This document shows positions 57,369-64,000 of a stretch of 64,000 nucleotides of DNA, piece by piece. Under the pieces are notes generated by a model. That model was not told the origin of the DNA. It did not search any database and saw nothing but the letters and a program-made list of their open reading frames with translations. The DNA is from a virus. Lineage: Duplodnaviria > Caudoviricetes. The stretch covers positions 1,255 through 65,254 of the IMG/VR virus record IMGVR_UViG_3300031867_000046; one strand, written 5' to 3'. The position numbers and the translations under genes are program-made. Every line of letters starts with the position of its first letter. The stretch's first letter is position 1.

Positions 57369-57632
57369 TCATGATCTATTTCTTCGCATGTCCATTATAA
57401 GATCTTTTAACTCATCAGTGATTCTATCTTCTATAGAGTCAACTATATCAGATACTTCACACCATCTATCATAAGGACTGCATTGTATTCTTTCGCCATT
57501 ACGTGTGTACCAATATGAGTTACAGTATTCCCATACGCCTGCAACAGGCTTCTTGTTATGTCCTACATAATGTGCAACTACACATTTAGAACCATAATAT
57601 GGACTTCCATTTTTAAGAATCTTCCACTGCAT
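57369..57632 (-). CDS. Hypothetical protein
   Basis: 87-aa Trp-rich ORF. Confidence 0.5.
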   Translation of the reverse strand: MQWKILKNGSPYYGSKCVVAHYVGHNKKPVAGVWEYCNSYWYTRNGERIQCSPYDRWCEVSDIVDSIEDRITDELKDLIMDMRRNRS

Positions 57633-57647
57633 AGCTAACTCGATAGG

Positions 57648-58019
57648 CTAATTAAAGTTATAGCTATTAGGATTTAGGGCGTCACCTAAATGTATGTTCT
57701 CAATTGGAACACCTAATGGAACTAACCGCTCGTGTGCTATATTTAGTATATCGCTGTCTATCTCTATTCCGTATACCTTTGTTGGATCAAACCCCGCTTT
57801 TATAGCTGCGGCTAATAAGTTACCTGCGCCACAACACGGATCAAGAATAGTCCCATCCGTGTTTTCAAATTTTTCCAACATTAGAATTGATAGCTCAGGC
57901 GGCGTGAAAAATTGTCCAAAATCCTTTCTACGTGATAAACTGTTGTCAGCGTACATTTTATCTTTCCACTGAGTGTACTCTTCTTTTATCGCGTTTATCT
58001 GACTATCTGTTAATTTCAT
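57648..58019 (-). CDS. Stand-alone SAM-binding half of an N6-adenine DNA methyltransferase
   Basis: GQFFTPPEL, ILDPCCGAGNLL, YGIEID, IHLGDAL; ends before any NPPY/DPPY motif. Confidence 0.8.
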   Translation of the reverse strand: MKLTDSQINAIKEEYTQWKDKMYADNSLSRRKDFGQFFTPPELSILMLEKFENTDGTILDPCCGAGNLLAAAIKAGFDPTKVYGIEIDSDILNIAHERLVPLGVPIENIHLGDALNPNSYNFN

Positions 58020-61000
58020 TTATTTCACTCTCTATAGTAGCAATCTCTTCAGGCGTTAAATTAAAATACTCATATAAATCTTTGTCAGTCCAAGGATGGG
58101 TGTAATCTGGTAACCAAATAAAGCTTTCTTTACGCACACCCTGATTTATAGCTGACTTATCATAGAACCATATACCTAATTTGCTATTTTGAATATTAAT
58201 CCAATTATTGGCTTCAGATTCAGTTGCGAATTTAATACTCGTTGTTATAGTGTCTGTTGTCTTTGTATACTGATTCCTCATATAATGAGTGTACCAAAGT
58301 CTTCCATCGCGCATACCATCATAAAATACAAGCAACTTTTGTTTAGCAAATTTGCATTTTCTACGTCCGCCACCAAGACGGCCACCACTTATTAAAGATA
58401 TGCGTACTCGCCAGCCATCCTTCATATCTTGATCAAAGTTCATAGCTAAGCATTTTGACTTAGCTAGCACTTTACAAAATGTGCTGTCAACAATGGAATT
58501 GAAATCAAAGCCACCTTTTTCAGACAAACGATAAATACCTATAGCTGATGCAAGGTCAATATTAAACGCATTTTTTGCGTATTCAATAGGAATAACTTCA
58601 AGACTTGCAATTCTATCCCTTATAGATTCAAACTTTTTCCAGTCACTATTCTTTTTATATTCTGCAAGAGGATCCTGTAACCATCTAATAGGACTCAAAT
58701 TAACTATATCGTCACTGTAACAGATAGCTTCATTTAAAATCTTAAGATGTAGATTTCTACAATATGGAGGATTCATTATAATATGATCAAACTTCATTTT
58801 CTTAGTATTCCTATTTAGCAAATCAATTAGAGTTTCCCAAGTTTTAGGATCAGTCGCATCACCTTGGATAACATTGCGATAACCAAGTTTGTGACACACT
58901 TTTACATTTATAGACTCAAGCTCAATGCCGTAAAGATTCTTCTTTGGTATATGGTGTTTATTATGTGCATACTCTAACATAGCGCCACAACCACAGCACG
59001 GATCACAAATAACACCTTTTACATTGGATAATTTAGAGAACATCTTTTCCAATAAGCTATCGGGTGTCTTCATATCGGTGCTATTGCTATTTGATAGCCC
59101 CATTAAAAAATCTTTGCGATTATTAGCCTCTCTGTATCTAATGTCTTCAATCATTTGATTAATGCGTGTCTTATTATCGCTTAATAACTGAATGAAATTA
59201 CTTTTAAACTTACTTACGTTGCTAGGCCACAGAGACTCCAAATCTTTGTACGTTTTTATTTTACTATATACAAAGATCCACTTATCCATGTTAACTAGAA
59301 TTTTTCCGATTTGTCGTTTAACCTTTTCAGACACATCTAATTGGTCTGAGCTATTAGAGTCTTTAGAACTACGTGAAAGTAACTTCCTAATAGTGTTGTT
59401 GCGCTCACAGTTTCCACGTATAGCTTCATTCTTAGGCTTTACAACGATTAAGTCTTTTTCATTTATCTCTTCAGTGCCTATATCAGTGATGCCGTCAAAA
59501 GCATGATAATTTGTTACAGTGCCTACAATGCTATGATTAAATGGAAGTTTATGCGCTTTTATGAAGTAACTATCAACAGTCTCCTGTACAAACTCAAGCT
59601 TATCGTTAAGACACATAAAATTAAAGCAGCTTAAAATATCTTCGATTATACGCTTTACTGTATCGTTTTCTTCATCTCTTGTAACAGCTGTTGAGTTAAG
59701 ATCCTGTCTAATTGCAGCATACTCTCGTACAACTTTTAATGTAGCTTCAGTGTCAAAGCAGAACATAGAAACTTCGTCTTTACCTTCGCATGGAGTCATA
59801 GTTCTAAAAAGAATCTGAATGAACTGCTCAGCTGAAGACGTATTTTTGAAATACCAAACAGTGTCTAACTTTGGCAACGTTACACCAGTTGTTAATTTGC
59901 CACATGTTAGAATCAGAACATGCTCGTTACTGTCAAACAGATTATTTATATCTTGCTCGTTTGTATCACGGAACTCTTTATCAGCTGCAACCCCAGAAAT
60001 TGGAATAACTGTATCTTTACCGAAAGGCCAAACTCTATCAAGTGCTTTCTTTGCGATCTCAACTTCTGTATTGTCATTAAAGAATGCTATGATGTGCTTT
60101 TGCTTATCTAAATTAAACCATCTTGGCTTATTTAAGACACAGTCAAGCGTCTCAATCGGCTGAAGCAACCATTTGAAAAATGACTCAGCATGAAGCTCAT
60201 TAGAAAATATAACTCTATAGTCAAACGCGTCAGCTTTGCTAAAAATATCTTTGTCTAATGAAGACATTTTGCTCTGAAGAAATAGCGTATTGTCAATAGT
60301 TTTCACATATAATTTAGGAAGTGAGATCTCGTCAGGATGCTCTTTTGCATACTTTATAAAATCTATAAAGTCAAAGGTAACAGCTTCGTCTTTGCTAAAA
60401 TAGCCAGAGTATATATCATTAAACGGCGTGCCACTCATGTACACCAGTTTATTATATTTTAGATTATTAAGAATGACATTTGCAGTGCGTGCAGAATCAG
60501 ATGTATTGTGGCACTCATCAAGTATAACAACATCAAAGTGCATAGACGACAGAGTATCTTTTACAGCTTGCTTATCGTTGTCATAAAATTGGTAAGAGCA
60601 AAATATAATGTTCTTATCACACAACTCTGCCTTGTCAGTTTTTGCTTCTAAGTGAATATACTTGTAACCGCTAAACTCAACGTTACGTTCACCTAACTTC
60701 CTAAAAGAATCTTCAGCTTTTGGGAAAGGCGTAAGTATAAGTATATTTTTAGCACCTAATTCTTTACAAATCTTTAATGAGATATAAGACTTTCCTGCAC
60801 GCGTGGATATATTTAAAAGCACGCGATTTAATCTGTTTAAGATAGACACTGCACTGTTAATCACATTAGCTTGGTAAGTGCGTGGCACTAAAGCAGACTC
60901 GCCACATCTAGATCTGTAAAAATCAGGACCGACTTTCTTTTGCGTAACTATATCAGTTACAGCTTTAATGAAGTCAGCGATCTCTTTTGCAGAGTGCATA

Positions 61001-61323
61001 ATATAGACTTCTTTTGAGTGTAGTGGATTTTGATTTGCTTTGCCGGCCCACTTAAATTGAGTTCTTAGAACTTCATGTATAGGCGTATCTCGCACAGCAG
61101 ACTTCCATACATAAATCATTTCGTTATGTTGAGAACATCCAGTGCTGTTATACCTATCCCAGATAGACTGATCAAAAGCTTCGCCGAACTTTACGTACAC
61201 CACTTTGTTAATAACACGAGCAAATAAATACAGAGTATTATTCCGATCCCGCTGATCTGCTTCGCTAACAATGCTAAATTTTTTGCCAAACAGTTTTATA
61301 GATTCAATAGTATTTTGTACCAT
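58003..61323 (-). CDS. Fused restriction-modification enzyme: GIY-YIG-like + SF2 helicase + N6-adenine MTase (Eco57I-like) + TRD
   Basis: LYLF...YVKFGE; STRAGKS, ILDECHN, SGTPF, GVTLP, QILFR; KTPDSL, DPCCGCG, IMNPPY; C-terminal WTDKDLYEYFNLTPEEIATIE. N-terminal nuclease call is the weakest part. Confidence 0.8.
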   Translation of the reverse strand: MVQNTIESIKLFGKKFSIVSEADQRDRNNTLYLFARVINKVVYVKFGEAFDQSIWDRYNSTGCSQHNEMIYVWKSAVRDTPIHEVLRTQFKWAGKANQNPLHSKEVYIMHSAKEIADFIKAVTDIVTQKKVGPDFYRSRCGESALVPRTYQANVINSAVSILNRLNRVLLNISTRAGKSYISLKICKELGAKNILILTPFPKAEDSFRKLGERNVEFSGYKYIHLEAKTDKAELCDKNIIFCSYQFYDNDKQAVKDTLSSMHFDVVILDECHNTSDSARTANVILNNLKYNKLVYMSGTPFNDIYSGYFSKDEAVTFDFIDFIKYAKEHPDEISLPKLYVKTIDNTLFLQSKMSSLDKDIFSKADAFDYRVIFSNELHAESFFKWLLQPIETLDCVLNKPRWFNLDKQKHIIAFFNDNTEVEIAKKALDRVWPFGKDTVIPISGVAADKEFRDTNEQDINNLFDSNEHVLILTCGKLTTGVTLPKLDTVWYFKNTSSAEQFIQILFRTMTPCEGKDEVSMFCFDTEATLKVVREYAAIRQDLNSTAVTRDEENDTVKRIIEDILSCFNFMCLNDKLEFVQETVDSYFIKAHKLPFNHSIVGTVTNYHAFDGITDIGTEEINEKDLIVVKPKNEAIRGNCERNNTIRKLLSRSSKDSNSSDQLDVSEKVKRQIGKILVNMDKWIFVYSKIKTYKDLESLWPSNVSKFKSNFIQLLSDNKTRINQMIEDIRYREANNRKDFLMGLSNSNSTDMKTPDSLLEKMFSKLSNVKGVICDPCCGCGAMLEYAHNKHHIPKKNLYGIELESINVKVCHKLGYRNVIQGDATDPKTWETLIDLLNRNTKKMKFDHIIMNPPYCRNLHLKILNEAICYSDDIVNLSPIRWLQDPLAEYKKNSDWKKFESIRDRIASLEVIPIEYAKNAFNIDLASAIGIYRLSEKGGFDFNSIVDSTFCKVLAKSKCLAMNFDQDMKDGWRVRISLISGGRLGGGRRKCKFAKQKLLVFYDGMRDGRLWYTHYMRNQYTKTTDTITTSIKFATESEANNWINIQNSKLGIWFYDKSAINQGVRKESFIWLPDYTHPWTDKDLYEYFNLTPEEIATIESEINEINR

Positions 61324-61344
61324 ACAAATATACTCCTTTGTAAA

Positions 61345-61791
61345 TTATTGATTACGAGAAAACTCTTTTACTTCGATCCCGTGCAATCCGAACCACTCAA
61401 CTAATGTTGCTCGTTCGGAACATGGATTATCTGGCTTTTCATAAACCATCAAGCAAATATCTGATCCATTAAATTTTTGCGATACGCTACACAGATAGCC
61501 ATACACATCTTCAAAATTAAGAGAGAATATGTAGTTGTGATATAACTTAATAAATGAGCAAACAGATGTATCTTTGTTTGATTTGCAGTTTGTGCATTCA
61601 CAGTTGTCTATCTTATAAGGCGATAGCATGTACGCTCGTAAACCGTTAACTATACCTCGCTTATCTCTAAACACATAATCAGACGACTTAAAATCGTGAT
61701 ACCATTTCGGATCCCAAACAGCCGTAGACAACGGGATTAGATTATCAGGAAAGAATCGTATATTATAGAAGTAAGAGATATAAATTTGCAT
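61345..61791 (-). CDS. DUF488-like protein
   Basis: MQIYISYF...PKWY...LSP...DICLMVYEKPDNPCSER...WF...GIEVKE pattern (canonical CHR appears as CSER). Confidence 0.55.
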   Translation of the reverse strand: MQIYISYFYNIRFFPDNLIPLSTAVWDPKWYHDFKSSDYVFRDKRGIVNGLRAYMLSPYKIDNCECTNCKSNKDTSVCSFIKLYHNYIFSLNFEDVYGYLCSVSQKFNGSDICLMVYEKPDNPCSERATLVEWFGLHGIEVKEFSRNQ

Positions 61792-61792
61792 A

Positions 61793-62350
61793 TCAGATCT
61801 TATCCCAAAACGCAGCTTGACAGTCAGCCGTCTGAAGCTTTAGCACTAATCTATACATGCCTAATGCCTGACTCAACGCTTGAGCTTCAGCAGGATTAGC
61901 ACTATAGTAGCCGCCCATGTGCCATCGTATGGCTAGAATTTCTTCATCAGTTAATTGCATATAGCGCAGTATCATAATAACTGATTTCTCGCCATGCCCT
62001 AAAGGTAACGGATCATCCTGTCTATATTCGTAATAAGGAACTTTTATCCACCTACCGTCTTCGTCTTTTACGTTACGGGTCGACTCTTTATAAAAGTTAA
62101 CCTTGCAAAGATCATGGAACAATGCAACGATAGCAATAGTCTCATCGGGCTCGTTGTCTTGCATTGATTTGAGTCTGTTATACACAGCGATTGAGTGATC
62201 ACATAATCCACCAGGATATGCAGCATGATACCTTGCTGAAGACGGTGCACTGTAAAAATCGGTAGATTCAAGCCACTGCATTAGCGCGTCTATTCCATCA
62301 CGACTAATGTATTCTTTAACGATTGACTTAAAAGTTTCTTTGCTATCCAT
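61793..62350 (-). CDS. HD-domain phosphohydrolase
   Basis: YHAAYPGGLCDHS, ALFHDLCK, LGHGEKS, AIRWHMG, QTAD. Confidence 0.9.
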   Translation of the reverse strand: MDSKETFKSIVKEYISRDGIDALMQWLESTDFYSAPSSARYHAAYPGGLCDHSIAVYNRLKSMQDNEPDETIAIVALFHDLCKVNFYKESTRNVKDEDGRWIKVPYYEYRQDDPLPLGHGEKSVIMILRYMQLTDEEILAIRWHMGGYYSANPAEAQALSQALGMYRLVLKLQTADCQAAFWDKI

Positions 62351-62368
62351 AATAGTTACCTCAAATAG

Positions 62369-63673
62369 TTATGCAGTATGTTCCCACGCGTCCATTACTT
62401 TGTGGAGATCTTCGTCAAATGGAGGTTTATTATACTTTGCATATTCCTCTTCCAATTCAGCTAATCGCTGATCACGTTCTTTAGATTCTAACACCTCATA
62501 TTTGCAACGCGTTAAGACTGTTTGCTTTTGATTGTTATACTCGCTATGCTCTTTTATCTTTCCTGTTAGTTTAATCACTGCACCTTTATCAAGAGCATGT
62601 CTTGTAACTATATTAGCTGTATCATAGATCAAATCGTACAGCATCGCTTGAGATGTTGTCCATTTGAAGATATTTCCATCGTCATCAACAAACAAATGTA
62701 TATATGAATATCCGAATCTTGTGTCATACGAGTATGAGTTAAGATAAGTTACTTTTGCTGATATCTTGTCGCCGACTTTACCGACGTAGTTGCTTACTTT
62801 TGAAGTTCCACGCTTCTCGTCAAGAAGTCTTTTGTACTCACTTTTACGATATGCAGGAATCAGTGAAGCAAGAAATCCAAAGTGTCTTGCTGTGCAGTAA
62901 CCTGCGTCAATGATCTGCTTAAGATTAAACAAATAGCTTGACTTTGCAACTTCGTCTTCTGATAATGACTTAATCCACTCTACGGCGTCAACAGCTTCAT
63001 CCTCTTTCTTTGTTCTATCGTACTCGTCAAGTATATACTTCCATGTAGCATTGTAGCTATTTGACGGCTCAAACCCATATTTGTCAATAAGTCTTTTTGC
63101 GGCTGATACCGTTATAGCTATATCATAAGTTCTAACTCCATGCGATCCAAAGAAAGTGTCATCGTTTTCTTCGCCTTTCATTAGGCAATTTAATTCAGCG
63201 TCTTTCATTTTGAGAAAGCGCATATAGTCATTTACTTCAGCGATAAGATTACCATCTAGTCCTGACGTAAACTCTTTTACGCATGAAGTGCCAACAACTT
63301 TCCTTTCGCCGTTGTCATGCTCCAATATAACAACTGAATTACGGTGCACCTTTTTGTGGCAGTGATCACAGTGGAAATCAGTGTCTTTATACTGTGTAAG
63401 TAAGCAAGGATCATCAAAGTAGCATTGAACGATCCCATCATTTCTCTGAACCATACCCAATGAGTGCCAACCATTAAATCTGAACGCAACGTCAAGATTT
63501 AAGTCATTTAGCGTTACTTCAAAAGACTTACTATTGACTTCGACTAATTTAGTGTATGGCTTACTTACGCTAAACGTGTAGTCAATGTGATTTTTCTCGC
63601 ACTTCTTAACGATACGTGTAATCTTTTTACAGATCTCATCCGTCATGCTATTAAGAATAGTGTAAGTTGCCAT
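62369..63673 (-). CDS. Conserved phage protein with Zn-finger-like CDHC..VGTSC and OB-like C-terminus
   Basis: CDHCHKKVHR...VGTSC; C-terminal domain paralogous to 35249-35869. Confidence 0.6.
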   Translation of the reverse strand: MATYTILNSMTDEICKKITRIVKKCEKNHIDYTFSVSKPYTKLVEVNSKSFEVTLNDLNLDVAFRFNGWHSLGMVQRNDGIVQCYFDDPCLLTQYKDTDFHCDHCHKKVHRNSVVILEHDNGERKVVGTSCVKEFTSGLDGNLIAEVNDYMRFLKMKDAELNCLMKGEENDDTFFGSHGVRTYDIAITVSAAKRLIDKYGFEPSNSYNATWKYILDEYDRTKKEDEAVDAVEWIKSLSEDEVAKSSYLFNLKQIIDAGYCTARHFGFLASLIPAYRKSEYKRLLDEKRGTSKVSNYVGKVGDKISAKVTYLNSYSYDTRFGYSYIHLFVDDDGNIFKWTTSQAMLYDLIYDTANIVTRHALDKGAVIKLTGKIKEHSEYNNQKQTVLTRCKYEVLESKERDQRLAELEEEYAKYNKPPFDEDLHKVMDAWEHTA

Positions 63674-63710
63674 ATTAGCCTCCTGTAATGATTTAAGTCA
63701 AGCTAATCAG

Positions 63711-63881
63711 TTAGTAATCATACCCTGCAAGATCACAAAGATCTTCGTATGCAAGCTCACAGTCATCACACATAGATTCCATATTATCTTCGTAATCTAT
63801 GTAACAATCATCACAGAGATGGGTTCCTGATTCAGTAACGTGGGTTGCTTCGTTCCAACAAAAATCACAAGTATGCGTCAT
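63711..63881 (-). CDS. 56-aa acidic Cys-rich peptide (not in ORF track)
   Basis: Own translation MTHTCDFCWNEATHVTESGTHLCDDCYIDYEDNMESMCDDCELAYEDLCDLAGYDY; AAGGAG SD. Confidence 0.7.
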   Translation of the reverse strand: MTHTCDFCWNEATHVTESGTHLCDDCYIDYEDNMESMCDDCELAYEDLCDLAGYDY

Positions 63882-63939
63882 GGCAAAGCTCCTTTATTTT
63901 TGTGAAAGGATCCATTCCTTTCATTCATTTTGTGAGTAC

Positions 63940-63968
63940 ATTCTATCAAAAAGATTCTGATCTGTCAA
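63940..63968 (-). promoter_or_regulatory. Sigma70-type early promoter
   Basis: TTGACA-N17-TAGAAT; its -10/downstream flank is nearly identical to P2 at 50517. Confidence 0.8.
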
Positions 63969-64000
63969 CAAGAATTTTCAGAATTTTCTGACTCAGTTTT

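Noticed and set aside
1-64000. Short plus-strand ORFs and nested minus-strand ORFs in the ORF track (e.g. 983-1300, 42486-43034, 53514-53975)
   Set aside because: They are antisense or alternate-frame shadows of long genes with recognisable motifs, with no SD or motif support.

Overview
AT-rich (roughly one-third GC) 64-kb segment of a large lytic dsDNA tailed phage, probably a jumbo myovirus. Essentially all genes lie on the minus strand, standard genetic code. Modules: tail fibres plus assembly chaperone (1-9.9 kb); T4 gp20-like portal; RecA; HNH/NUMOD3 endonuclease; TOPRIM primase; a split SbcC/Rad50 with SbcD; beta-clamp-like protein; HU; deaminase; gp26-like baseplate-hub chaperone; amidase endolysin; DnaX-like clamp loader; terminase large subunit; sigma70-like factor; Rz/Rz1-type spanins; RuvC; gp32-like SSB; and a DNA-modification block (frameshifted aGPT-Pplase1/5-hmdU-kinase-helical gene, half-MTase, fused GIY-YIG-helicase-MTase-TRD). 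Most notable: (i) about ten unrelated proteins share an N-terminal L-E-x-R-[VI]-x-[RK]-L-E-x-x-L...E leader, a candidate capsid-targeting/protease-cleaved signal for injected cargo, including ankyrin and ART-like proteins; (ii) a 1.5-kb non-coding region (26.2-27.7 kb) with an AT-only inverted repeat, two 54-bp double-hairpin direct repeats and a clean H-type pseudoknot; (iii) a candidate +1/-2 programmed frameshift in the baseplate chaperone. All product calls come from motif recognition by eye; no database searches were run.
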